Part shown: positions 37,954-48,156 of the stretch, in pieces | How the letters are laid out: the number at the start of each line of letters is the position of its first letter | How positions within the stretch are numbered: the first letter of the stretch is position 1 | Assembly: GCA_022823775.1 (NCBI GenBank) | Contig: JAJEHI010000062.1 | Span: 1,851-65,850, forward strand | DNA length: 64,000 bases | Direction of reading: 5' to 3' | Source of the DNA: Defluviicoccus sp. | GTDB taxonomy: Bacteria; Pseudomonadota; Alphaproteobacteria; MPNO01 | The notes under the pieces: model-generated | What the model saw: only the letters and a program-made list of their open reading frames with translations | Database searches by the model: none | What the model was told of the DNA's origin: nothing | Position numbers and translations under genes: made by a program

Positions 37954-38116
37954 CGGTCTCACCTTCGGTTTTTGCAACGATGATACGGGGACCCGACAGC
38001 CCGGTCCGGGCTTCGAGGCGCGCGCAAAAGCGCACGGGCGTCGGGGTTTGTCAAGCGAGGCCGGGCGCCGCGGGCTTCCCTTTTCCGCCCACGGCAAACC
38101 GTGTATAGACCCGGCC

Positions 38117-39277
38117 ATGCATCTCATCGCCGACACCGGGTCGCTTCGCCCCCTCTGCGATCGGCTGGCGGCTTCGCGCTACATCACCGTCGACACCGAA
38201 TTCATGCGGGACACCACGTTCTGGCCGCGCCTGTGCCTGGTGCAGGTCGCGTCGTCGGACGAGGCGGCGGCGATCGATGCGATGGCGCCGGACATCGATC
38301 TCGCGCCGCTTTTCGCGCTGATGCGCGATCCCGGGGTGCTCAAGGTGTTCCATGCGGCGCGCCAGGACATCGAGATTTTCTACCACCTCGACGGCCACGT
38401 CCCCTCCCCCGTCTTCGATACCCAGGTCGCGGCGATGGTCTGCGGATTCGGCGATCAGGCGGGCTATGAGAAGCTGGTCGCGAAACTGGCGCGCGCGTCG
38501 ATCGACAAGGCCCAGCGGTTTACCGATTGGGCGCGCCGCCCTTTGACCCGCAGGATGTACGATTACGCGATTTCCGACGTCACCCATCTGCGCGTCGTCT
38601 ACGAGAAGATCGCGGCCCGGCTGGAGCGGGACGGTCGCGAGGGCTGGCTCGCCGAGGAGATGGGAACGCTCACAGACCCGGCGACCTACCGCCTCGATCC
38701 GGCGGACGCCTGGCTCCGGGTCAAGACCCGCCTCAGGAAGCCTCGTCAGCTCGCCGTCCTGAGAGAGGTCGCGGGCTGGCGCGAAGCCGAGGCGCAGCGC
38801 CGCGACGTTCCGCGGAACCGCGTGCTGCGCGAAGAGGCCCTGAACGAGATCGCGGCCCAGGAACCCCGGACCCGGGAAGAGCTGTGGAAGCTGCGGAGCC
38901 TCAGCCGCGGCCATATCGGAAAGGACTCCGCCGACGCCCTGCTGGCCATCGTCGCCGAGGTCCGCGCGGCCGCGCCCTCGACCTACCCGAAGGAACGCAA
39001 GCCCGCGCCCGCCGCCAATCACGCCGGGCCGTCCGCCGACCTCCTGAAAGTCCTCCTGAAGCTGCGCTGCGAGGAAAATGACGTCGCGCAAAAGCTGGTC
39101 GCCAGCGCCGACGACATAGAAGCCATCGCCCGGGACGACGGGGCCGAGGTGCGTGCGCTCAGGGGCTGGCGCCGCGAGATCTTCGGCGAGGACGCGCTCG
39201 CCCTCAAGCACGGCAGGATCGCGCTCGGCATCGAGAACGGCAGCATTCGGGTCATCGGAAATGCCGCCCGAGGCTGA
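38117..39277 (+). CDS. rnd: Ribonuclease D
   Basis: From [10 protein letters not shown] the protein carries a DEDDy 3'-5' exonuclease domain (ITVDTEFMR...[11 protein letters not shown]) and an HRDC region. Confidence 0.85.
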   Translation: MHLIADTGSLRPLCDRLAASRYITVDTEFMRDTTFWPRLCLVQVASSDEAAAIDAMAPDIDLAPLFALMRDPGVLKVFHAARQDIEIFYHLDGHVPSPVFDTQVAAMVCGFGDQAGYEKLVAKLARASIDKAQRFTDWARRPLTRRMYDYAISDVTHLRVVYEKIAARLERDGREGWLAEEMGTLTDPATYRLDPADAWLRVKTRLRKPRQLAVLREVAGWREAEAQRRDVPRNRVLREEALNEIAAQEPRTREELWKLRSLSRGHIGKDSADALLAIVAEVRAAAPSTYPKERKPAPAANHAGPSADLLKVLLKLRCEENDVAQKLVASADDIEAIARDDGAEVRALRGWRREIFGEDALALKHGRIALGIENGSIRVIGNAARG

Positions 39278-39992
39278 CCGACGGCGGTTGCAGACAGCGA
39301 CGGTCGTATCGCATGTCGGCTTCGAGGATCTGGGCATCCTCGCACCCTTGCTGGCGGAACGCGACATCTCGATCGGCCATATCGATGCACCCCGCGATCC
39401 GCTGCAGGAATTCGACGCGACGTCGCCCGACCTCCTGATTGTGCTCGGCGGCCCGATCGGCGTGTACGAGACCGATGCCTACCCGTTCCTGTCGCGGGAA
39501 ATCGCGATGGTCGGCCAACGCCTCGCCCGCGGCCTCCCGACCTTCGGCATCTGCCTCGGCGCCCAGCTGATGGCGGCGGCGCTCGGCGCGCGGGTCTACC
39601 CGTCCGGCATCAAGGAAATCGGCTGGAAGCCGGTCGCGCTGAGCGATCCGGGCCGGGGCTCCTGCCTCGCCCCGTTGGCGCAGGGGGAGCTCCCGGTGCT
39701 GCACTGGCACGGCGATACGTTCGACCTGCCGGACGGCGCTGTGCACCTCGCATCGACCGACCTTTGCGAGAATCAGGCGTTCCTGTTCGGTGCCAACGCG
39801 CTCGGCCTCCAGTTCCACCTCGAGACCACCGCCGAGGCGCTGGAATCGTGGTTGGTCGGCCACGCGGTGGAGATCGCGGCGGCCGGCCTGTCGCCGGCGG
39901 TCCTGCGGGAGGACAGCCGGCGGCTCGCCGGCGCCTGCAACGCCGCCGGCAGATCCTGTTTCGCCGCCTGGCTCGACGGCCTCAGCCTCTGA
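39261..39992 (+). CDS. Class I glutamine amidotransferase-like protein (GATase1)
   Basis: GATase1 motifs GICLGAQLM and a HWHGD region are present. The start overlaps the rnd stop. Confidence 0.7.
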   Translation: MPPEADRRRLQTATVVSHVGFEDLGILAPLLAERDISIGHIDAPRDPLQEFDATSPDLLIVLGGPIGVYETDAYPFLSREIAMVGQRLARGLPTFGICLGAQLMAAALGARVYPSGIKEIGWKPVALSDPGRGSCLAPLAQGELPVLHWHGDTFDLPDGAVHLASTDLCENQAFLFGANALGLQFHLETTAEALESWLVGHAVEIAAAGLSPAVLREDSRRLAGACNAAGRSCFAAWLDGLSL

Positions 39993-40644
39993 GCACCCGG
40001 CGCAGGAGCGGAATCGTCACCGGCCGGCGTTCCGCGAGCGCCAGCCGGTCCGCCTCGTCGACCGTCCGCCGCGCCGCATCCAGGCTGCGCTCCATGTGCC
40101 GCAGCAAGTACGCGAACGCCTCGTCGGGGACATCGATCTGGCGGTCACGGAAGAGCTTGCGAAGAACCGCGGTAATCAGGCCGTCGTCAGGACGACCGAT
40201 CTCCACGGTGGGCGCGGCCCGCAACCGCGACACGAGATCGGGAAGCCGGCCGCGCCAGTAGCCGGGCGCCACGCGGGCCGTAACCAGCACATGCCCCCCC
40301 GCCTCGGCGGCTCGGTTGAGGGCATGAAGCAATGTCGCGTCCCTGGCCGTCCGGTCGACATCCTCCACCGCAAGCGGCGTTCCGGAAACCGAGTCGAGAT
40401 CGACGCTCTCGACGTCGACGATTTCGGCGCCCGAAAGGCGGCACCAGATATGGGCCAGATGCGTCTTGCCGCTTCCTTCCGGACCCGCCAGCACGGTGAG
40501 CGTTCCGGGCCAGCGGGGCCACGCCTCGATCCAGGCCAACGCCTCCCGGTTGCAATCGGCGGCCAGGAAGTCTTCTCGCCCGTAGGCGGGTTCGCCGTCG
40601 AGGGGAAGGGGGAGTTGCGCGCTCTGGAGGCGGTCACTCGCCAT
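39982..40644 (-). CDS. hdaA: DnaA regulatory inactivator HdaA-like protein
   Basis: An N-terminal QLPLPLDGEPAYGREDFL motif is followed by a Walker A GPEGSGKTHL. The 220-aa protein is shorter than DnaA and AAA+ like. Confidence 0.7.
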   Translation of the reverse strand: MASDRLQSAQLPLPLDGEPAYGREDFLAADCNREALAWIEAWPRWPGTLTVLAGPEGSGKTHLAHIWCRLSGAEIVDVESVDLDSVSGTPLAVEDVDRTARDATLLHALNRAAEAGGHVLVTARVAPGYWRGRLPDLVSRLRAAPTVEIGRPDDGLITAVLRKLFRDRQIDVPDEAFAYLLRHMERSLDAARRTVDEADRLALAERRPVTIPLLRRVLRG

Positions 40645-41710
40645 CGCGTTCGCCGCCCGCGCCCAGGTACAGCCGGCTTTCGGTGTAGCGCGACAGGAGG
40701 AAGCGGACGAGGACGCCGATCGTCGCCGCGGCGGGCACCGCCAGCAGAATGCCGAGAAAACCGAACAGCGCCCCACCCGCCAGCAGCGCGAAAATCATCC
40801 ATACCGGGTGCAGGCCGACGCGGTCGCCCACCAGCTTGGGCGTGACGAAATTGCCCTCGACGATCTGGCCGACCAGGAAGATGGCCGCGACGATGGCGAT
40901 CGGTTGCCAGGTGTCGAACTGGGCGAACGCCATCCCGACCGAAGCGCAGAGCCCGACCAGCATTCCGAAATAGGGAACGAAGGAAATAAGCCCCGTGCCC
41001 AGCCCGACGATCACGGCGAAATCGAGCCCGACGATGGAAAGCGCTACCGCATAGAACGTGCCCAACCCGAGACAGACGATACCCTGTCCCCGGACGAAAC
41101 CCGCCAGCGTGTCGTCGACCAGCTTCACCTGCTCGCGGATGGTGCCGGCATGATCGCGCGGCAGCCACCCGTCGATCCGGGAAACGATCCTGTCCCAGTC
41201 GCGAAGAAGGTAGAACGCCACGATCGGCGTGATGACGACCAGCGACAGCAAATTCAACAGCGCGAGTCCGCCGCTCCAAAGGCGGAGGACCGCATCTCCG
41301 AGCCAGCTCACGGTGGCGGACGCGAGCCCGCCCGCCGCCTCGCGGAGCCGCGCGACCGCCTCGTCGGACAGGTTCGCCTGAACGACGGAGAGCAAATCCT
41401 CCGTCACGGCCCTGAACATCTCGGCATAGGCGGGGATGCGGCCCGCGAAACCGAACAGCTGGGACTGGAGCAGCGGCACCAGAAGCGCGAAGAAGAGCCC
41501 GACGCCGACGAGAAAGGCGACGGTGAGCAGCGTCGCCGCGAGGGTCCGGGACAGACGCCGCCGCTCCAGCCAGTCCGCCACCGGATCGAGGAAGTAGGCC
41601 ACCGCGATACCGAGAACGAAAGGAAGCAGGATGCCGCGAAGCAGATAGACCGCGACGACGAAAACGCCGAACGCGACCAGCCAGAACAGCGTTTGCCGCT
41701 GCGTCGTCAT
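40634..41710 (-). CDS. AI-2E family transporter (PerM-like permease)
   Basis: 358-aa polytopic membrane protein from MTTQRQTLFWLVAFGVF. The start is in frame inside track ORF 40634..42442. Confidence 0.8.
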   Translation of the reverse strand: MTTQRQTLFWLVAFGVFVVAVYLLRGILLPFVLGIAVAYFLDPVADWLERRRLSRTLAATLLTVAFLVGVGLFFALLVPLLQSQLFGFAGRIPAYAEMFRAVTEDLLSVVQANLSDEAVARLREAAGGLASATVSWLGDAVLRLWSGGLALLNLLSLVVITPIVAFYLLRDWDRIVSRIDGWLPRDHAGTIREQVKLVDDTLAGFVRGQGIVCLGLGTFYAVALSIVGLDFAVIVGLGTGLISFVPYFGMLVGLCASVGMAFAQFDTWQPIAIVAAIFLVGQIVEGNFVTPKLVGDRVGLHPVWMIFALLAGGALFGFLGILLAVPAAATIGVLVRFLLSRYTESRLYLGAGGERDGE

Positions 41711-42252
41711 TGGCGGAACTCGGTGTTTGTCATTTGACGGGCCCAGACCGCCAGATACCAACCGCCCGAACCGACGGTCGTCAACACCACCGCGTAACTG
41801 GCGACATCGACGATGTCCGCGATCGCGACGGACAGACCCGACTGCGCGAGAACCGCGCCCGCCAGAAAGATCTGCACCCCGGTGTTCACCTTGCTCAGCA
41901 GTACCGGCTTGACCTCCCAATGCTTGCGCAGGACCAACAGAAGCAGCAGCCCGCCCACGATCAGCACATCGCGGAAAACCACCAGGATCACGACAAAATC
42001 GTCGATCTGCCCCCTGAGGCCAAGCGTCACGTAGACGCTGACGATCAACGCCTTGTCGGCCAGAGGATCGAGATAGACCCCGAGCGTAGAGGTCTGGTCC
42101 AAAACCTTGGCGATATAGCCGTCGATCGCGTCCGAAGCGCCCGCCAGCAGGAAAAGCGCGAAGGCCCAGCCATAGGACGCGTTCATGATCAGATAGACGA
42201 TCAGCGGCACGGACAGCAGCCTGGCCAGGCTGATCGAATTCGGGATGTTCAC
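41707..42252 (-). CDS. pgsA: CDP-alcohol phosphatidyltransferase (phosphatidylglycerophosphate synthase-like)
   Basis: The CDP-OH phosphotransferase motif DAIDGYIAKVLDQTSTLGVYLDPLADK is present in a 181-aa membrane protein. Confidence 0.8.
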   Translation of the reverse strand: MNIPNSISLARLLSVPLIVYLIMNASYGWAFALFLLAGASDAIDGYIAKVLDQTSTLGVYLDPLADKALIVSVYVTLGLRGQIDDFVVILVVFRDVLIVGGLLLLLVLRKHWEVKPVLLSKVNTGVQIFLAGAVLAQSGLSVAIADIVDVASYAVVLTTVGSGGWYLAVWARQMTNTEFRQ

Positions 42253-43421
42253 GATCCCGACCCCGGCGTCCCCTGCCGCGGGACGCGCTCGTTGGCGTCG
42301 TGCGTGAGAATCCAGCCGGTATCGCCGCGACGCAGATGAAGATCGCTCCGCCGCAACGCGGCCCGGAACCCGTCGGCGTCACCGAAATAGCGCACACGTA
42401 CGCGGACGGCATCGCGGGACGCGGAAAGGACGAGGGTCTCATGCGTGGACGGCGTGTCCGAAAGCGCGCGCGAAATCGCGACCCACTCTTCGAGACCCGA
42501 AACGGGAACCGTGACCTCGATCTGTCCTCCGCGGTCGAAGAACAGAAGGTTGCTCGATTTCCACGCCTCCTGAATGCTCCGGGCGATGCGCGACGCCACG
42601 GAGCGGAACCGGCCGTCGGCCGCCTCTGCGGGATCGACGGGAAAGGTCTCGACGACGGGTCCTCCGCCGACTTCGGTGCCGTGGGTGACGGCCGAAACGT
42701 TTATCGCGAGCGGCGAGTCGCCCTCGCGCCCCGGGGTCGCCACCATGACGGCAACCGAACCGGCGCCGTAGCGCTTCGCGATCGCGTCGAGACGCGCCGG
42801 ATCGCCGAACGCCGCCTGTCGCGCGCTGATGTCGCGGATATCCTTCAGATCCCCGGACGGGACCACGAGCGGCACCAGCCCGCCGGTCCCGGAAACGCCC
42901 GCCCACGCCTGGAGCCACGGGTTGGGCCGATCCCACAGCAGGTACGCGCCGGCCATCCGCAGCACCGGTAGCACCAGGCGCGGCTTCGCCCGCGCGACCG
43001 CGAACTTCACGCCGCGCAGGTGCAGGAATCGGCGGACGGCGGCGCGATCGAACTGGAACGTCAGCCGCGCCAGGTAGCGCACCCGGGAGGTCTTCTCCCC
43101 ATCCACCTCGAAGCTTTGCACCAGGGGCGCAATGTCGCCCGCTTCCAGTCGCGGCAGGGTCCCGGCCGCTTCCAGCGGCACGATTCGCTCGATCAACCGG
43201 CCGAAGGCGACGGCATGCCCATCCGCCAGAGCGATATCGCGCGCCCGGGTGGCATTCTCGGCCGAGGCGTCGACCGCCACGTCCCGGACCAGAAATACCG
43301 ACGCGTCACGGGCGATCGCGGGCCGGGCCGCGGCGACCGCAACCAAAAGAAGCGCGAGCGCGACAGCGACGATCGTCGCCGGCACGCTGGGCTTGCTCCT
43401 GCGTTGCTTTGGGCATGCCAT
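42249..43421 (-). CDS. DUF2066-like periplasmic protein
   Basis: A signal-anchor MACPKQRRSKPSVPATIVAVALALLLVAVAAARP is present. The protein is in an operon upstream of pgsA with a 4-nt overlap. Confidence 0.6.
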   Translation of the reverse strand: MACPKQRRSKPSVPATIVAVALALLLVAVAAARPAIARDASVFLVRDVAVDASAENATRARDIALADGHAVAFGRLIERIVPLEAAGTLPRLEAGDIAPLVQSFEVDGEKTSRVRYLARLTFQFDRAAVRRFLHLRGVKFAVARAKPRLVLPVLRMAGAYLLWDRPNPWLQAWAGVSGTGGLVPLVVPSGDLKDIRDISARQAAFGDPARLDAIAKRYGAGSVAVMVATPGREGDSPLAINVSAVTHGTEVGGGPVVETFPVDPAEAADGRFRSVASRIARSIQEAWKSSNLLFFDRGGQIEVTVPVSGLEEWVAISRALSDTPSTHETLVLSASRDAVRVRVRYFGDADGFRAALRRSDLHLRRGDTGWILTHDANERVPRQGTPGSGS

Positions 43422-43577
43422 TGAAAAGGGCCGCCGTTTATCTATCCTCATGTCGCGGCGAGCTCGGCCCAGGACGGCTTGTCGGCCGCAGTCTAGCACT
43501 CCAGCTCTTGCGGGGCAGTCATCAACCGGTCTCCCTATAGCGATGCAGGCGTCGATATACACGCCGCGGCCCGCCTC

Positions 43578-44582
43578 GTGGAAACGATTCGACCTCTCGC
43601 AAAGTCTACCGCGCGGCCCGGCGCGATGGGGGAAATAGGGGGCTTCGGAGGGCTTTTCGACCCGCGCGCCGCCGGGTTCTCAGATCCGATACTGGTTGCC
43701 GCGACGGACGGTGTCGGCACCAAGCTCCGGATCGCGATCGATTGCGGAATGCACGAGGGGATCGGCGTCGATCTGGTCGCCATGTGCGTCAACGACATCG
43801 TCGTCCAGGGCGCCGAGCCGCTGTTCTTTCTGGACTATTTCGCGACGGGGCGGCTGGAACCCTCGGTCGCGGCGACGGTGATCGAGGGTATTGCGCGCGG
43901 CTGTCTCGAAGCCGGCTGCACCCTGATCGGCGGCGAGACCGCGGAGATGCCGGGGCACTACGCGGACGGGGAGTACGACCTCGCCGGCTTCGCGGTCGGC
44001 GCGGCCGAGCGGGGCAGCCTGCTCACCGGCGAAGGCATCCGCGAAGGCCAGCGGATTCTCGGGCTGGCCTCCTCGGGAATTCACTCGAACGGTTTCTCGC
44101 TGGTCAGACAGATCGTCGCCGATGCGGGGCTTGCATGGGACGACGACGCGCCGTTCGCCGAGGGACCGCTCGGGGCGGCGCTGCTTGCGCCGACGCGGCT
44201 CTACGCATCCGCCGCGCTCGCCGCGCATCGCGAGAGATCGGTTCGGGGGTTCGCCCACATTACCGGCGGCGGGTTAGTGGAGAATATCGGCCGCACCCTG
44301 CCCGCCGGGCTGGGCGCCGAGATCGACGCCCGCCTCTGGCCGCTGCCGGATGTCTTCGCCTGGCTGGCCGAAGCGGGAGGACTCGCCCCGGCGCACCTGG
44401 TCGAGACGTTCAACTGCGGCATCGGTCTCGTCGCAATCGTCGACGTGGAAGACGTCGATGCCTGCCGCCGGGCGTTCGAATCCCGGGGCGAGCGGGTATT
44501 CGATATCGGCACGACCGTACAGCGCACGCCGGACCTGCCAGCCGTCCAGGTGCTGGGCCACGGGACCGCATGGCGCGGCTGA
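43578..44582 (+). CDS. purM: Phosphoribosylformylglycinamidine cyclo-ligase (AIR synthetase); true start probably upstream, see findings
   Basis: A PurM fold is indicated by VAATDGVGTKL, GGETAEMPG and AHITGGGL. The first canonical start is GTG 43578. Confidence 0.85.
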   Translation: METIRPLAKSTARPGAMGEIGGFGGLFDPRAAGFSDPILVAATDGVGTKLRIAIDCGMHEGIGVDLVAMCVNDIVVQGAEPLFFLDYFATGRLEPSVAATVIEGIARGCLEAGCTLIGGETAEMPGHYADGEYDLAGFAVGAAERGSLLTGEGIREGQRILGLASSGIHSNGFSLVRQIVADAGLAWDDDAPFAEGPLGAALLAPTRLYASAALAAHRERSVRGFAHITGGGLVENIGRTLPAGLGAEIDARLWPLPDVFAWLAEAGGLAPAHLVETFNCGIGLVAIVDVEDVDACRRAFESRGERVFDIGTTVQRTPDLPAVQVLGHGTAWRG

Positions 44583-45232
44583 GGCTCGCCGTTCTGATTT
44601 CGGGACGCGGGACCAACCTGCAATCCCTGATCGACGCCTGCGCCGATACCGGCTATCCGGCCGAGATCGCCATTGCGATCTCGAACAACCCGGACGCCCC
44701 GGGGCTCGAACGCGCGGCGCGCGCGGACATCCCGGTCCGCGTCATCGACCACCGTCCGTTTCCGGACCGGGAGACCTTCGAACGAAGCCTGGATTCGGCG
44801 CTGCGCGAGGCCGAAACGGAGCTCGTCTGTCTCGCCGGGTTCATGCGCCTGCTCACCCCCTGGTTCGTCGAGCGATGGCGCGATCGGACGATCAATATCC
44901 ATCCATCCCTGTTGCCCGCGTTTCCGGGATTGGACACCCATGCCCGCGTGCTTGCTTCGGGCGCGCGGATCAGCGGCTGCACGGTCCATTTCGTCCGTGC
45001 CGGAATGGACAGCGGTCCGATTGCGGTCCAGGCCGCCGTGCCGGTCGTCGAGGGCGACGACGAAGAGCGTCTCGCGGCGCGTGTGCTGGAAGCGGAGCAC
45101 CGATGCCTGCCGCTTGCGGTACGGCTGATCGCGGAGGGCAGGGTCCGGGTCGCGGGAGATCGCTGCGTTATCGACGGCGCGGGAGAGCCGGGCGCGACGC
45201 TGGTATCGCCGCCGCCCCGGGAAGGCGCGTGA
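44570..45232 (+). CDS. purN: Phosphoribosylglycinamide formyltransferase
   Basis: MARLRLAVLISGRGTNLQSLIDA...NIHPSLLPAFPG shows the formyl-transferase motifs. The gene overlaps the purM 3' end. Confidence 0.9.
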   Translation: MARLRLAVLISGRGTNLQSLIDACADTGYPAEIAIAISNNPDAPGLERAARADIPVRVIDHRPFPDRETFERSLDSALREAETELVCLAGFMRLLTPWFVERWRDRTINIHPSLLPAFPGLDTHARVLASGARISGCTVHFVRAGMDSGPIAVQAAVPVVEGDDEERLAARVLEAEHRCLPLAVRLIAEGRVRVAGDRCVIDGAGEPGATLVSPPPREGA

Positions 45233-45299
45233 TATCTTCCGCTCGCGCCCGCAGTAGGCTATAGCTTCGCCCGCTCAGTTGACCGGGGAGAGGATCGGA

Positions 45300-45428
45300 A
45301 TGGCTTTCGACATCGAACAGGAAAACGCGCGCCACGCCGCGGGTTGGAAGGGTTTCGTGCTGTTCACTGTCCTGTCGACGGCCGCCGTGATCCTGGCGCT
45401 CGTCCTGATGGCGCTGTTCCTGCTCTGA
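45300..45428 (+). CDS. Small 42-aa single-pass membrane protein (possibly aa3-type cytochrome oxidase subunit IV-like)
   Basis: MAFDIEQENARHAAGWKGFVLFTVLSTAAVILALVLMALFLL has an acidic N-terminus, a W/F-G-F motif and one TM helix. A GGGGAGAGGA RBS lies upstream. It is absent from the track because it is under 60 aa. Confidence 0.4.
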   Translation: MAFDIEQENARHAAGWKGFVLFTVLSTAAVILALVLMALFLL

Positions 45429-45443
45429 GCGCCGCGTTCGCTG

Positions 45444-45866
45444 TTATCCGACGATATCGCGTTCGGAGAAGAAGAACGCGATTTCGGTAGCCGCCGTCTC
45501 GGCCGAATCGGAGCCGTGCACGGAATTCGCCTCTATCGATTCGCCGAACGCCTTTCGGATGGTGCCGTCTGCGGCGTTCGCCGGGTTGGTCGCGCCCATC
45601 GCGTCCCGATTCTTGGCGATCGCGTTCTCTCCTTCGAGAACCTGCGCGACGACCGGGCCGGACGCCATGAAATTGCACAGATCGTCGAAGAACGCGCGTT
45701 CCTCGTGAACCGCGTAAAACCGCCGCGCCTGATCCAGCGTCAGCCGGATGCGCCGCTGCGCGACGATCCTGAGTCCGGCCTCTTCGAGCCGGGCATTGAT
45801 CTGTCCCGTCAGATTACGCCGGGTGGCGTCGGGCTTGATGATCGAAAGCGTCCGTTCAACGGCCAT
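45444..45866 (-). CDS. ndk: Nucleoside diphosphate kinase
   Basis: [14 protein letters not shown]...NSVHGSDS contains the active-site His context. The protein is 140 aa. Confidence 0.95.
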   Translation of the reverse strand: MAVERTLSIIKPDATRRNLTGQINARLEEAGLRIVAQRRIRLTLDQARRFYAVHEERAFFDDLCNFMASGPVVAQVLEGENAIAKNRDAMGATNPANAADGTIRKAFGESIEANSVHGSDSAETAATEIAFFFSERDIVG

Positions 45867-45931
45867 GTCGGAATGTCCCTGCGGGGGGGTGGCGCGGCTG
45901 TATATCCATATCCCGGGTGTGCGGCAACCGG

Positions 45932-46384
45932 CTAGCCGGCTTTCTCTTCCCAGCGGCCTTCGGGCGATTGCTGCCAGTAGGTCAGGCTGTGTCCCGCCGC
46001 CGAATAGGTTTTCCAGCGATCGCGCGCCTTCGCCACCGCGTCGTCGTCGTTACCGTCGAACATCTCCAGGCATCGGGCGAAATCGCCGATCCGGTCGGAC
46101 ACCGCCCCGTCCGTCAGGACGAGGATGCTGGCGTCGTTGGGGTTTTCGTCTTCATGGGTGATCCAGATCGGCTGGTCCCCGGGATCGCCGTCCCGCGCGG
46201 TGCCGTGCGGCAGGAACGCGTTCTGGTCGTAGGTCCACAGGATCGTGTCGAGCGCCTTCGTCCTCTCCTCCGAACCGGTCATGACGACGGTGCGCGCGCC
46301 GCTCGCATGGGCTTTTTCCAGCAGCCTGGGCAAGGCCCTCTCGAGCGTGCTCCGGGTCAGGTGGTAGAAGCCGATATCGGTCAC
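45932..46384 (-). CDS. holC: DNA polymerase III subunit chi
   Basis: The 150-aa protein with [25 protein letters not shown] shows a chi-subunit pattern. It lies immediately downstream of pepA. Confidence 0.8.
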   Translation of the reverse strand: MTDIGFYHLTRSTLERALPRLLEKAHASGARTVVMTGSEERTKALDTILWTYDQNAFLPHGTARDGDPGDQPIWITHEDENPNDASILVLTDGAVSDRIGDFARCLEMFDGNDDDAVAKARDRWKTYSAAGHSLTYWQQSPEGRWEEKAG

Positions 46385-46391
46385 GGCGGGC

Positions 46392-47891
46392 TCAAGCCTC
46401 GTAATGATCCCGCACCAGCCGGTCGAGCAGCCGCACGCCGAACCCGGTTCCGCCCTTGGGCACGATCGCCGAGCTCTTCTTCGACCACGTGACGCCGGCG
46501 ATATCGAGATGCGCCCACGGCGTGCCCTCCTTGATGAAGCGCTGGAGGAACTGTGCCGCGGTGATCGAACCCGCGTCGCGCCCGCCGACGTTCTTCATGT
46601 CGGCAATGTCGGAATCGATTTGCCGGTCGTAGGCATCCCCGAGCGGCATTCGCCATACGGATTCGCCGACGGCGCCGCCCGCGGCGATCAGCCGATCCGC
46701 CAGCGTGTCGTCGTTGGCGAAGAGCCCGGCATTCTCGTGTCCGAGGGAGACGATGATCGCGCCGGTCAGCGTCGCCAGGTCGACAATCGCCCGCGGGCGG
46801 TATTTCTCCTGGCAGTGCCAGAACACGTCGCACAGCACGAGGCGCCCCTCGGCGTCCGTGTTGATGACCTCGACCGTCTGGCCGGACATCGACGTCACCA
46901 CGTCGCCGGGTCGTTGGGCGGTCGCCGACGGCATATTCTCGACCAGCCCGACCATGCCCACCGCGTTGACTTTGGCCTTGCGGCCGGCGAGCGCGCGCAT
47001 CAGCCCGATGACGACCCCGGCGCCTCCAATGTCCCACTTCATGTCTTCCATGCCGCCCGAAGGCTTGATGGAAATCCCGCCGGTATCGAACGTCACGCCC
47101 TTGCCGACGAAAGCGATCGGCCTCTTGTCCTTCGCCTTCGGCGCGCCGTTCCACCGCATGGTCACCAGTCTCGGCGCCTTGGCGCTTCCCTGGGCGACGC
47201 CGAGCAGCGCCCCCATTCCGAGCTTTGCCATCCGAGCTTCGTCGAGAATTTCGACCGTGACGCCGAGCTCGGTCAGGGGCTTGGCGCGTTCAGCGAGGCT
47301 CTCCGGAAAAATCACGTTGGCGGGCTCCGACACGAGGTCGCGGGTCAGGAAAACGCCCTCCGCGACCTCGGCAAGCGGTCGGAATTCGCCGCGCGCGCGC
47401 GCATGGGCCGGGGTGGCGACCGTGACGCGATCGAGGCTCGGCTTGTCGTCCGGCTTTTCCTTGGTGCGGTACTTGTCGAACCGATAACCCCGCAACAACG
47501 CGCCGAACCCGACATTCGCCGCCGCGGCGGCGGGCGAGATCGACGACCCGTCCGCCGCGTCCACCGCTATCGTGACCGCGCTGTCTCCGCTCTTCTCAAG
47601 CGCGGATACGATCGTTCCGCCCACGCCCTGCGCGGCGCGGGCATCGAAGTCGCCGGCCTTTCCGAGCCCGACAAGAACCACCCGGCTCGCGGCCATTCCC
47701 GCCGGCGCATTGACAATCAGGGTCTGGTTGCTCTTCCCGCTGAAACGGCTGGACCCTATCGCCCGCGACAGGGCGCCGCCGGTTGCCTCGTCCGCCTCCG
47801 CCGCGGTCGCGGCAAGCTCGTCGCCGTCGTGGACGCCCACCGCGAGCGCGCCGCTGCGGGGAAGTCTGGGGGCTGCGAAACTGATCTTCAT
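46392..47891 (-). CDS. pepA: Leucyl aminopeptidase (M17 family)
   Basis: M17 catalytic-domain motifs VGKGVTFDTGGISIKP and NTDAEGRL are present in the 499-aa protein. Confidence 0.9.
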   Translation of the reverse strand: MKISFAAPRLPRSGALAVGVHDGDELAATAAEADEATGGALSRAIGSSRFSGKSNQTLIVNAPAGMAASRVVLVGLGKAGDFDARAAQGVGGTIVSALEKSGDSAVTIAVDAADGSSISPAAAAANVGFGALLRGYRFDKYRTKEKPDDKPSLDRVTVATPAHARARGEFRPLAEVAEGVFLTRDLVSEPANVIFPESLAERAKPLTELGVTVEILDEARMAKLGMGALLGVAQGSAKAPRLVTMRWNGAPKAKDKRPIAFVGKGVTFDTGGISIKPSGGMEDMKWDIGGAGVVIGLMRALAGRKAKVNAVGMVGLVENMPSATAQRPGDVVTSMSGQTVEVINTDAEGRLVLCDVFWHCQEKYRPRAIVDLATLTGAIIVSLGHENAGLFANDDTLADRLIAAGGAVGESVWRMPLGDAYDRQIDSDIADMKNVGGRDAGSITAAQFLQRFIKEGTPWAHLDIAGVTWSKKSSAIVPKGGTGFGVRLLDRLVRDHYEA

Positions 47892-48156
47892 GAGCGGTCT
47901 CCTGATCTCCGGGCGCGTCCCGGCGCCGTCGGCAGGCCAAACTTAAGAAGGCGGTCGTGCCGCCACAACCGCCGACGGACTCGACCCGTCGCGCGACGGG
48001 GGCGCCAACGGACGAAACGCGACCTGCCCGCCGCCTTGGACGCGTCCCGGACCAAGGCCGGTCTTTTCTGTCAAATGGACAGGGTTTCGCCCCAGGCGGT
48101 ATAAACTCGGGCAATTGAGCCGGCGAATCCATCGGCCGAAGCGAGTCGCCCTGAAC

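Noticed and set aside
43742-45232. 496-aa ORF covering purM and purN
   Set aside because: Only the last 220 aa (from MARLRLAVLISGRGTNLQ) are PurN. The upstream part is an alternative-frame read over purM.
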